This document shows positions 1 through 7,337 of a stretch of DNA of 24,000 nt, piece after piece. A model generated the notes under the pieces. The model made no database searches and was not told where the DNA came from. It saw only the letters and a list, made by a program, of their open reading frames with translations. This DNA comes from an uncultured Holophagales bacterium (GTDB taxonomy: Bacteria > Acidobacteriota > Thermoanaerobaculia > UBA5066): NCBI GenBank assembly GCA_963696015.1, contig CAVOJA010000163.1, positions 100,248 to 124,247 of the forward strand, written 5' to 3'. A program made the translations under genes and the position numbers. The first letter of the stretch is position 1. The number at the start of each line of letters is the position of its first letter.

Positions 1-2
1 AA

Positions 3-812
3 GGGCGGGCGGCGGTCGCGGACTTCCTCGGCGCCGCGCGGCCGGAGGAGATCGCCTTCGGGCCGAACATGACGACCCTGACGTTCCAGATGGCGCGGAG
101 CCTCTCCCGCGACTGGAAGCCGGGAGACGAGGTCGTCCTGACCCGCCTCGACCACGACGCGAACGTCTCGCCCTGGCTTCTCGCCGCGGCGGACCGCGGC
201 GCCACGGTGCGCTGGCTCGACTTCGACCCGGAGGACTGCACCTGGAGCGTCGATGAGCTCCGGTCGCTCCTGAGCGGGAAGACGAAGCTCGTCGCGGTCG
301 GGTGGGCCTCCAACTCGGTCGGCACGGTGAACGACGTGGCAGGGGCGGCCGAGGCGGCGCACGCGGCGGGGGCGCTCCTCTACGTCGACGCGGTCCACTT
401 CGCGCCGCACGGGCGGATCGACGTCGCCGCGGCCGGGGCCGACTTCCTCGCCTGCTCCGCCTACAAGCTCTTCGGTCCTCACCTCGGAATCCTCTGGGGC
501 CGGTACGAGCTCCTCGAGCGGACATTTGCCTACAAGGTGCGCCCGGCGGGCGAAGCACCGCCGGATCGGTGGGAAACCGGGACGCAGAGCTTCGAAGCCG
601 TCGCGGGGACGCTCGGCGCGCTCGAGTACCTCTCGTGGCTGGGGGCGAGCTTCGGCGGCGACGCCGCTCCGTCCGTCGCCGGCCGTTACCAGGGCCGGCG
701 CCTCGCGTTGAAGTCGGCGATGGCGGCGATTCACGCCTGGGAATCGACGCTGTCGCGGGTCCTGATGGAGGCGCTCGCGGTCGTGCCGGGCCTGAGACTC
801 CAGACCTCCTGA
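3..812 (+). CDS. Class-V aminotransferase / cysteine desulfurase-like PLP enzyme, 5' portion. The frame is already open at the window start and stops at 812, just before the left end of an IS. Probably insertionally inactivated.
   Basis: The frame is open from nt 3 (GRAAVADFLGAARPEEIAFGPNMTTL, matching the usual EEIxFxxNxT segment). SAYKLFGPHLGILWGR is the PLP-lysine motif of the cysteine desulfurase-like subfamily. LVAVGWASNSVGTVNDV and ALLYVDAVHFAPH also fit. The protein ends at ...VVPGLRLQTS*, where homologues normally continue for about 110 more residues. Confidence 0.7.
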   Translation, partial: GRAAVADFLGAARPEEIAFGPNMTTLTFQMARSLSRDWKPGDEVVLTRLDHDANVSPWLLAAADRGATVRWLDFDPEDCTWSVDELRSLLSGKTKLVAVGWASNSVGTVNDVAGAAEAAHAAGALLYVDAVHFAPHGRIDVAAAGADFLACSAYKLFGPHLGILWGRYELLERTFAYKVRPAGEAPPDRWETGTQSFEAVAGTLGALEYLSWLGASFGGDAAPSVAGRYQGRRLALKSAMAAIHAWESTLSRVLMEALAVVPGLRLQTS

Positions 813-840
813 CATAGCCCCCCGGCAGGCTGTCGTGTTT

Positions 841-3432
841 TCAGGAGGTGTGAGGGTGGGGGGCGACGGCGAACCGTAGGCGGAGGTCGGTACCGGGGAA
901 GACGGAGTTCGTCTCGTTCAGCTCCTGGCAAAGCGCCTGGATCGCTGCCGAGCGGTGCGGGGAGCTTTGCGGAGCGATGGTGACGTTCAGGAGTCCGTCG
1001 TCGACGGAGAGGTCAGCCGGGGAGGCCATCGCGGCATGGAGGAGGGTGCGCCCTTCCTGAAGGGATCGCGCGTAGTGCGGAGCCGCCAGACGGACGAGGT
1101 CGCTCTCGGCCTGGTAGGCAACCATCTTCAGGAGGTTCTGGAGCCTTCCCATCTCGGAGGCGAGCTTGATGACCGGCTTGCCCTTCGTCGTCTTGCCCAC
1201 GGCGATGCATTCCGGGGTCTTCGCCCGCCGCGCGACGAGATCCTCGACCTTCTTCATCGCCGCCCGGAGCGCCCGTCCGGTCCGACCGTTGGAGATCTCG
1301 AAGCCCCGCATCGTCGGCCGCCGGCCTTCTGGGTTGGACAGGGCGGCTGGGCGGCCTTCTTCTTCGCGATGGACGCCCCGCATCGTCGGCCGCCGGCCTT
1401 CTGGGTTGGACAGGGCCTTCTGGCCGTACTCGGCCTGGAGGGCCTTCACTTTCGTCTTCGCCTCGGCCAGCTTCTTCTCGACCTGGCGACGCTTCGGGTT
1501 CGGGACACGACGCTTGGGGTCGTCCGGCTCGTCCGCGTAGGTCACGAGGGCGTCCAGCGCGAGCTCGTCGCGCATGTACTTGAAGAAGTTCTCCTGCCGC
1601 CACCGGTCGAACATCCGCACGGCGACCTCGAGCGTGGAGAGGTCCCGCCGGGACGTGAGGATCGGCGTCTGGTGGCCGTCCTCGCTACGCCGGGTCACCT
1701 GACGCAGGGACACCCGTGGGCTCTTGCCCTTTCCGATCCGGACCTCCTGGTCGGCCAGGTGGTACTCGACACGATGACCGTCCCGAATGGACTCGTACCG
1801 CTGGAAGTGCCTGGATGCGACCTTGCGCCACTTGCCCTTGCGGTAGGTCAGGATGTCGACGTCCTGCTGGAGCAGGGACTGGAACAGCGCGAGGCTGTAC
1901 CCGCCACGATCGAGCACGAGCGTCAGCCGGCGCTCTCCCAGGAGAGGTCGAAGCTCGGCCAGAAGCGCCGGCAGCATCTTGACCATCCCGGCATTGGCCT
2001 CTGCCGTCACCACGAACACCGGATCCCCCGCCGCGTCGTTAACCCAGTCGTCCGTCGTCGCCGGTAGGGAGAGCCGCATTCGCGTCACGTGCGCCTTCGG
2101 CAGCGTCTTCTCGCCGTGGTAGACGCGCACGTGACCGTCGACGTACAGGACACCCAGAGCTTGCCCCTGTTGCTCCACCCGGCGCTTGGCCATCGCCTGG
2201 ATCATCTCGGTCGCTCGGCCTCGGGTACTGAGCCGTCGCAGCTCGCGCCGGACCGTCTCGACCTCGGGAGCCCGGTCCAGACCCAGAATGCGTCCGAACT
2301 CGTGCGGACTGCGCTCTTTGAGCCCCTCTGGACGCTTGATGCGCAGCAGCGCCATCAGCAGCAACGTGACGAACGTCGTTCGGAGACCATAGAAGGCCGG
2401 ATACAGGCGTCCGTACACCTGGCGCGCCTCGTCGAGCACCCCGCTGGCCGCCAGGGCGGGCACGGCCAGCAGCACCCCCGCGCCGGCAACCCGCTCAGCG
2501 CTGCGGAACATCGGGACCGCGTCCTCGAGCAGTCCGACCTCGGCCATCATCCGATCCATGGCCCGATTTGCCGGGTCGGGATCGAACGACCACGAGAGCA
2601 CCCGGGCGACCTCGCCGGCAGGCCCGTCGCCACCATCACTCCCCTTGGCCGGCGAGTCGGAGGCCTCGTCGCCGTCCTCGGCCTGCCCACCGCCGGTCCA
2701 GTCGGCGGCCCTTCCACAGGCATCCAGCACGGCGCTGAGCGCCGCAACGGCCGCCGATCCCTCTTCCGGCTCGGCAGCCATTTCCGCGGCCGCGTCCGTT
2801 GCGCTCTCTTCCTCGGCTTCGCAAGCCACCAGGTCGTCCAGCGTGAGCTCGGCCGCTGTCGTCTCTTCTCTGCTCGCCGCCGTCGAGTCCAATCCCAGCG
2901 CCACCTGGATCGTCGCGGCCGAAGCCCGCTTGCCGAGCCCTTCGGCTGCGAGGAGCTTGGCGACGCTCGGGGCCGAGATCCCCAGAACCCGCGCGATCTG
3001 CTTGTTGCTCAGAGACTTGCGATGCAATCCCGCAGCTCGCGCCTGAAGCCCTTGGGGCAGCCGCGACCGCCCCTTCTTCCACCCGCGCCCCTGGCCGAGT
3101 GCGCTCGGCCCGTCTTCTGCGTACCTTTGGAGGTTTCTCTGAACCGTCCGGGGCGTCACGCCGAACGCGCGAGCGATCTCCACCTGCGTGGCAAAGCCGG
3201 ACTGCTCGATCAACACCATCGCGTACGCCGCGCCGAACTCGTCACCAACCTCAAATCCGAACACCGGAAGCCCACCGAGCACCACCAGGCGTTGCCCGTC
3301 CTGCGTGCGCAGGGTGCACCGCTCGCTGACCACGATCAGCCCTCGCGGGCCGCTCGCTATCAGGCCGAGAGCGGGGGGCAGGGGATCGGAAACAGGCATC
3401 GCCGGAGAGTCACATGTTTCCACTCGAAACAC
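841..3432 (-). CDS. DDE-type transposase (863 aa) with two N-terminal HTH motifs, an acidic linker and a C-terminal coiled-coil region.
   Basis: HTH-like segments: QVEIARAFGVTPRTVQRNLQRY and SNKQIARVLGISAPSVAKLL. Candidate DDE triad: LYVDGHVRVYHG (D), LTLVLDRGGYS (D) and FDRWRQENFFKYMRDE (an RxxxE..K motif as in IS4-like enzymes). The listed start at 3432 is GTG; an ATG at 3399 (MPVSDPL...) is an alternative start. Confidence 0.75.
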   Translation of the reverse strand: MFRVETCDSPAMPVSDPLPPALGLIASGPRGLIVVSERCTLRTQDGQRLVVLGGLPVFGFEVGDEFGAAYAMVLIEQSGFATQVEIARAFGVTPRTVQRNLQRYAEDGPSALGQGRGWKKGRSRLPQGLQARAAGLHRKSLSNKQIARVLGISAPSVAKLLAAEGLGKRASAATIQVALGLDSTAASREETTAAELTLDDLVACEAEEESATDAAAEMAAEPEEGSAAVAALSAVLDACGRAADWTGGGQAEDGDEASDSPAKGSDGGDGPAGEVARVLSWSFDPDPANRAMDRMMAEVGLLEDAVPMFRSAERVAGAGVLLAVPALAASGVLDEARQVYGRLYPAFYGLRTTFVTLLLMALLRIKRPEGLKERSPHEFGRILGLDRAPEVETVRRELRRLSTRGRATEMIQAMAKRRVEQQGQALGVLYVDGHVRVYHGEKTLPKAHVTRMRLSLPATTDDWVNDAAGDPVFVVTAEANAGMVKMLPALLAELRPLLGERRLTLVLDRGGYSLALFQSLLQQDVDILTYRKGKWRKVASRHFQRYESIRDGHRVEYHLADQEVRIGKGKSPRVSLRQVTRRSEDGHQTPILTSRRDLSTLEVAVRMFDRWRQENFFKYMRDELALDALVTYADEPDDPKRRVPNPKRRQVEKKLAEAKTKVKALQAEYGQKALSNPEGRRPTMRGVHREEEGRPAALSNPEGRRPTMRGFEISNGRTGRALRAAMKKVEDLVARRAKTPECIAVGKTTKGKPVIKLASEMGRLQNLLKMVAYQAESDLVRLAAPHYARSLQEGRTLLHAAMASPADLSVDDGLLNVTIAPQSSPHRSAAIQALCQELNETNSVFPGTDLRLRFAVAPHPHTS
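1303..1416. repeat. In-frame 72-bp tandem duplication inside the transposase gene. Two identical 42-bp copies lie at 1303-1344 and 1375-1416.
   Basis: gccccgcatcgtcggccgccggccttctgggttggacagggc occurs twice, offset by exactly 72 nt. In the protein this gives ALSNPEGRRPTMRG-VHREEEGRPA-ALSNPEGRRPTMRG. Confidence 0.95.
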
Positions 3433-3446
3433 GACACTTATTCTTA

Positions 3447-3776
3447 ATCGGCCGCCAGCCGCCGGACCAGCAAAGCCCCTCTATTTCAGCCGTCTCGCGG
3501 ACCCTATGTCCGGAGTTCTGGAATCTCGTCCTGCAGGGAACGTTCTTCTTCGGCACGCGGAACTTCCTCCTCCCCGAAGGGCTCGAGAGGCTCGGCCTCA
3601 TCCACTACCTCCTCTCGCTCGCCCCGGTGAAGGTGCCGGAGGGTCTCCTCGACATCCTGGACGACCCGCTGCCGGCGCGGATCGCGCTCCCCGTGCCTCT
3701 TCTCCTCGCTCCGGCGCTTCTCGCGCTCGCCGCCTGGAAGGTGCGGCGGATGGAGGTCGGATCCGGGGTGGAGTGA
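3447..3776 (+). pseudogene. Probable 3' remnant of the IS-disrupted class-V aminotransferase gene, degenerate.
   Basis: It is in the same codon phase (mod 3) as 3..812 and has high third-position GC. IGRQPPDQQSPSISAVSRTLCPEFWNLVLQGTFFFGTRNFLLPEGLERLGL..IHY...LLDIL resembles the usual C-terminal pattern G...R.PT.SF...G..P..VA..L...GI.VW.GN.YA.E..ERLGL...VR.G..HYNT..EVDRLL..L, but several conserved positions are lost. Confidence 0.4.
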
Positions 3777-3869
3777 TGGGCGGGTTCAGAAGGGGAAGAG
3801 GCCTGCTCTTCGCACTCGGCGGTCCCGCAGCAGTGGTTCTTGGCGAGACCGGCGTCGATTGTGCGGGCT

Positions 3870-4631
3870 TCAGCGCGCCAGGCCGTAGCGCTGGCGGAGG
3901 GCTCGATCCTCGCTCTGAAGCGCCTCCGCGCGGGTCTGGAGGATGCTGGCGCGGGCCTGAACGCTCGCGAGCCCGGCCACGGGATCGGGAGACTGCATCG
4001 AGAGCTTGAGAGCGCGGAGCATCTCCACGGCGTCGTCGAGGCTTTCGAGACTCTTCTGGTAATGAACGGTACACGGGGCCGGCGGTCTGACGGCGACGAG
4101 CCGCTCCTTCGCGGCTTCCGTCTGCCGGATCATCGCGTCGAGGCCCGACGTGTCGCCCCGCGCGAGGGCCGTGGCCATCTCGGTTGCGACGCTCTCGGGG
4201 CTGCCGTTCAGGCTCGCCGGCTGGATCTGGTCGACGTCGGCGAGGTACCTCGCGACGGCTGCGGAGGCCGGGTCGACCGCGGCCGGGGAGTCCCCTGCGA
4301 TCGGGAGCCCGCCGGTCGTCGTGGGAGCCGCGGCGAGCATTCCGGGCGATTCGCCGCGATCCGGGGGGAGGAACGGAACGGCCGCCGAGGATGCGGGGGC
4401 GGTTGCGAGGGCGTCGACGGGAGGCGCTCCCCGATCCCGCAGGAAAGGCGGCTCGCCGGCCGAGCGCGTTTCGGATCCGGAGACGACGATCGTTGGTTCC
4501 CGTGACGGCGCGCCCTCAAGATGACCGGAGCCGCCGGAACGGCCGAGGAGGAATGCCACAGCGAGAAGAGCCAGTCCCGTGACGCTCACGAGCCCGATCA
4601 GAAGGCTTCGCTTCACCCGGACCTCACCCAT
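3870..4631 (-). CDS. Hypothetical membrane-anchored protein: N-terminal TM helix, Pro/Ala-rich linker, helical C-terminal domain.
   Basis: A GGAGG Shine-Dalgarno sits 4-5 nt upstream of the ATG (ccaGGAGGaacgATG on the minus strand). The N-terminus KRSLLIGLVSVTGLALLAVAFLLG is hydrophobic. Codon usage looks coding. I recognised no family. Confidence 0.7.
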   Translation of the reverse strand: MGEVRVKRSLLIGLVSVTGLALLAVAFLLGRSGGSGHLEGAPSREPTIVVSGSETRSAGEPPFLRDRGAPPVDALATAPASSAAVPFLPPDRGESPGMLAAAPTTTGGLPIAGDSPAAVDPASAAVARYLADVDQIQPASLNGSPESVATEMATALARGDTSGLDAMIRQTEAAKERLVAVRPPAPCTVHYQKSLESLDDAVEMLRALKLSMQSPDPVAGLASVQARASILQTRAEALQSEDRALRQRYGLAR

Positions 4632-4765
4632 CGTTCCTCCTGGGGAGCAAGGCGCCCTTCCCGGCGCCAGCCCGTCGTCGCATTCTCGACCCTGCGGCCG
4701 GCTTGGCGGTCCGCGTCGTGAGACGGAAGGCGATTCGTCAGCTCACGATGGGCGCTCGGCGCCGT

Positions 4766-5551
4766 TCAGGGAGGGGCGAGGACGTCCGCGAGGTCGACGG
4801 ACTCGGAGGTGCCGGGCGGCTTCGCCGTCGCGGCGAGCCAGAGGCGGATCGGAGTCTCGGGACCGACGGTGACGGTGAAACGGGCCGGGGCAGCGGCGGC
4901 TTTCTCGGCGATCCACGACCGGAACCCCTCGAGCGCGGCGGTCTCGGCGGGGTCCGGCGGGTTCTTCCGCGTCCAGAAGAGCGGGACGTGGGGGCGGTAC
5001 GCCGCGTCGTAGGCCTCGGGCTTCTTCAGTCCGAGCCGGCTCATCTCGGCCTTTGCCGCGGAGAGGGCGGCCGCCCACGTTTCCGGCCCGTCGAGGAGCT
5101 CGACCACGACGACGTGACCGTTTCGCCCGAATCGGACGACCTCGGGACGGAACGTCACGGACTCCCGCGACACGAGCGCGAGCGCTCGGATCCGCTCGAG
5201 GTCCTCGAGTTTCCAGCCCGGCCCGACGGAGACGACGGTGAGGTGGAGATCCGCGACCGTCGCCAGGCGAAGGTCGGGGAAGCGCACCGCGGTCTCGTCG
5301 TGGAGGTTCGCCCATTCCTTCCCGAGCGACGTCGTGGCGCACGGAATCGTCGAGAAGAGCGAGCCGACGGGGTGCGCCGTCGCCCCCGCGGGCGGGGCGC
5401 GGCCTGCGGCCCGGGCCGCGTGGCGCAGGCGGCCAGGTGCGCTCCGAACGCGAGGAGGGCGGCGAACGCAAGAGCGCGCCCGAAAGGGCTCCCCGGGGTC
5501 GCGATTCGGTCGAAGCGATCCCGGGTCACGAACCGGCCGTCGAGCGCGCAT
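4766..5551 (-). CDS. 2H-phosphoesterase-like (LigT/YjcG-like) protein. The N-terminal ~60 aa of the listed ORF look non-coding, and a lipoprotein signal peptide lies in a different frame, so a frameshift is likely.
   Basis: DLHLTVVSVG contains the HxTx motif. A second H lies 85 residues later in YRPHVPLFW (HxPx, degenerate). The Arg-rich N-terminus (MRARRPVRDPGSLRPNRDP...) is not protein-like. The frame starting with GTG at 5529 encodes MTRDRFDRIATPGSPFGRALAFAALLAFGAHLAAC (lipobox LAAC) and leaves the body frame within 5375-5425, a region of C/G runs. Confidence 0.45.
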   Translation of the reverse strand: MRARRPVRDPGSLRPNRDPGEPFRARSCVRRPPRVRSAPGRLRHAARAAGRAPPAGATAHPVGSLFSTIPCATTSLGKEWANLHDETAVRFPDLRLATVADLHLTVVSVGPGWKLEDLERIRALALVSRESVTFRPEVVRFGRNGHVVVVELLDGPETWAAALSAAKAEMSRLGLKKPEAYDAAYRPHVPLFWTRKNPPDPAETAALEGFRSWIAEKAAAAPARFTVTVGPETPIRLWLAATAKPPGTSESVDLADVLAPP

Positions 5552-5562
5552 CGGGAGTCCTC

Positions 5563-5890
5563 TCAGAAGATCGGACCGAGCTCCCCGTCGCGAATGAGCG
5601 GGAGCGTCGCGCCGTCTTCGAGACGCAGGTCGACGCTCGGGGGAGGATGTCGGGGTGCGTCTCGGGGACGTAGACGCGGTCGATGTGGACGACCGCCTCG
5701 GGGGAGGAGAAGGCGTCGGGACCCACGTGCCCTCCGAAGTGCTCGCTGCGGCCGAAGGCGATGTGGAGGCCCGGCTTCTCGTCCAGCAGGACCGAGCCGA
5801 TCGGCTCGACGCCGATATCCGCGAGGACGCCGAGGCCGAGCTCGGCGAGGTCGGAGTAGGCCGGTTCTACCGCCAGGAGAGCGGCCTCGG
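5563..5890 (-). pseudogene. C-terminal fragment of an M29-like aminopeptidase (aminopeptidase T/PepS-type fold), 5'-truncated and frameshifted.
   Basis: AYSDLAELGLGVLADIGVEPIGSVLLDEKPGLHIAFGRSEHFGG...AVVHIDRVYVPETHPDI fits the M29 C-terminal pattern (E.G.G.N....LFDEK..G.H.A.G....HxD). The natural ending PPPSVDLRLEDGATLPLIRDGELGPIF* is in another frame. The shift falls at the G5 run at 5639-5643. There is no N-terminal 250-300 aa and no start codon. Confidence 0.45.
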
Positions 5891-6505
5891 TACACCTCGT
5901 GTCGGTTCCGCGGGCACGACCTGGCCGCGGCTTCACCCTTCCGTTCGAGGCGCTTGCGCTCATGCTGGTGGCCCAGCTGGCGGTGCTCGCCGCCGGTCGG
6001 CTGATGCAGATCACCGACACGCGGCTGTGGAGGATCTCGAAGGCCTACGTCGAGCAGGCCCGGACGAGAGTGGACCTGTCGAAGGTCACGATGGTGGCCG
6101 TTAACGAGACCTCCAGCCGAAAGGGACGGACCTGCGTGTCGCTCTTCGCCGACCCCGAGCCGAGCGAACGAAAGGTGCTCTTCGTGACGACGGACGAGGA
6201 CCAGACGACCTTCGACCGCTTCCTCGAGGACGTCCCGGCCCACGGCGGAAAGGGCGAGCTCGTCTCCGACGCGGTCGACGAGATCCGTCGTCTGGAAGTG
6301 GCCTCTCGCCCGGAGCTCGAGGGGACTCGGTACTTCTTCTCGAAGAACCCGCTGAATCTCACAGAGACGCAGCGGGAACGGTGGGATCAGCTGAAGGACG
6401 GCAATCTCGAAACGCTCGAGGCCGATCGGCTCTCTCTCGCGTTCCGGGACATCCGGGACGACTCCCCCGAGAAGGCCCCCACGGCGCTCGGCAGGTGGTT
6501 ACGAA
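5860..6505 (+). pseudogene. ISL3-family transposase relic: N- and C-terminally truncated, internally deleted, with the first catalytic Asp replaced.
   Basis: VPRARPGRGFTLPFEALALMLVAQ...TDTRLWRISKAYVEQARTRVDLSKVTMVAVNETSSRKGRTCVSLFAD...VLFVTTDEDQTTFDRFLEDVPAHGG follows the ISL3 pattern (VPWA.PGSRFT..FE...; VDLS.V..IGVDETS.RKGH.Y.T...D). Here DET has become NET. The segment carrying the second Asp is missing between ...GELV and SDAVDEIRRLE...LEGTRYFFSKNPLNLTETQRERW. The sequence ends at GRWL with a stop at 6506. Confidence 0.65.
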
Positions 6506-6508
6506 TAG

Positions 6509-7245
6509 GCGATCTTCTCGAAGGAGAACGACGCCAAGATCAGCAGCCTCGAGGCAATGGTCGACTCCGAGAGGAAGGCCCGCCAGATCACGCTCCTGAA
6601 GAAGCAGGGCGAGATCCAGGACCTGCGGGTGAAGAGGCATCGGCTCCGGATCGCCTCGACCGGCGTCGCGCTCCTCCGTCTCGCGGCGATCGCCATCCTC
6701 CTCTGGAAGCGCCATCGCCTCGAAGCGAGGACGAGCGCCGAGCTGGCCGCCGCCTACGCGAGGGGCGAGGGAATGGCCCGGACCGACTCGCTGACGGGCC
6801 TGCAGAACCGTTCATCCACCCTGGAGCGGCTGGAGCAGGAGGTGCGCCGGTCGGAGCGGACCGCAGGGCGTTGAGTCTCGTCATGATCGACGCCGACGAC
6901 TTCAAGAAGATCAATGACGGGCGGGGCCACGCCTGCGGCGACGCGGTCCTGAAGACCCGGGGAGAGCTCCTTCGCTCTTCTCTCCGCCAGCTCGACGTCG
7001 CCGCCCGCTGGGGGGGCGAGGAGCTCCTCGTGATCGCCGAGAAGATTCGGATAGGAGCGGAGGCGGTTCGCGTCCGGTACGAGCGAGGGGACGTGGGATT
7101 CACGGTGACGCTCGGTGTCAGCACCGTCCTCGCCGGCGGCCCGCCCGTCGAGGCCTGCCTCGGGATGGCCGGCGAGGCGCACGACGTTGGGAAGAGGGCC
7201 GGGAAGAACGGGGTCGTCCCGGCTGCCGGTCTTACGATCACCTGA
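6509..7245 (+). pseudogene. 3' part of a sensor diguanylate cyclase (coiled-coil, TM helix, GGDEF domain): 5'-truncated, frameshifted, with a degenerate GGDEF domain.
   Basis: Frame 2 reads AIFSKENDAKISSLEAMVDSERKARQITLLKKQGEIQDLRVKRHRL, then TM ASTGVALLRLAAIAILLW, then ARTDSLTGLQNRSSTLERLEQEVRRSERTAGR*. After a frameshift near 6860-6872 the domain continues in frame 1: ALSLVMIDADDFKKINDGRGHACGDAVLK...ARWGGEELLVI...KRAGKNGVV. The signature is GGEEL rather than GGDEF/GGEEF, about 15 aa are missing after it, and ADEALY has become AGEAHD. Confidence 0.65.
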
Positions 7246-7337
7246 CGAGAGGCGGTTGGCCCCCCCCGAGGGCGGCCCCACGCCCTCTCTGCCGGATCCG
7301 ATTCGCCTTCCTGGCGCCCTGTCGGGGACAATGCGCG

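Larger units (their letters stand above)
831..3436 (-). mobile_element. Insertion sequence carrying one large DDE transposase gene. The family is not assigned and the ends are provisional.
   Basis: A perfect 10-bp inverted repeat, TGTCGTGTTT, sits at 831-840 and as its reverse complement at 3427-3436, tightly bracketing the 863-aa ORF. An AT-rich patch (cttattcttaatc, 3437-3449) lies just outside the right end in an otherwise 70% GC context. Aminotransferase-like coding sequence lies on both sides. I found no clear target-site duplication. Confidence 0.55.

Noticed and set aside
955-3447. Plus-strand ORFs 955..2067 (370 aa) and 2089..3447 (452 aa) as possible IS passenger genes.
   Set aside because: They run antisense to the transposase ORF, have no recognisable domains and show a shadow-ORF composition.
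3795-3811. Hairpin GAAGAG-gcctg-CTCTTC between convergent genes, as a possible bidirectional terminator.
   Set aside because: The stem is only 6 bp and there is no flanking T/A tract. This is too weak to report as a feature.
5899-7245. 448-aa ORF as one functional diguanylate cyclase.
   Set aside because: Its N-terminal 200 aa are an ISL3 transposase relic. The middle is an out-of-frame reading of the sensor's coiled-coil/TM region. Only the last ~125 aa are GGDEF, and those are degenerate.
7246-7337. Possible cobalamin riboswitch upstream of the B12-dependent radical SAM genes, and a small hairpin GAGGGCG-n6-CGCCCTC at 7268-7287.
   Set aside because: The region is only about 90 nt and has no B12-box-like core. 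The hairpin is short and has no U-tract, so I make no regulatory call.
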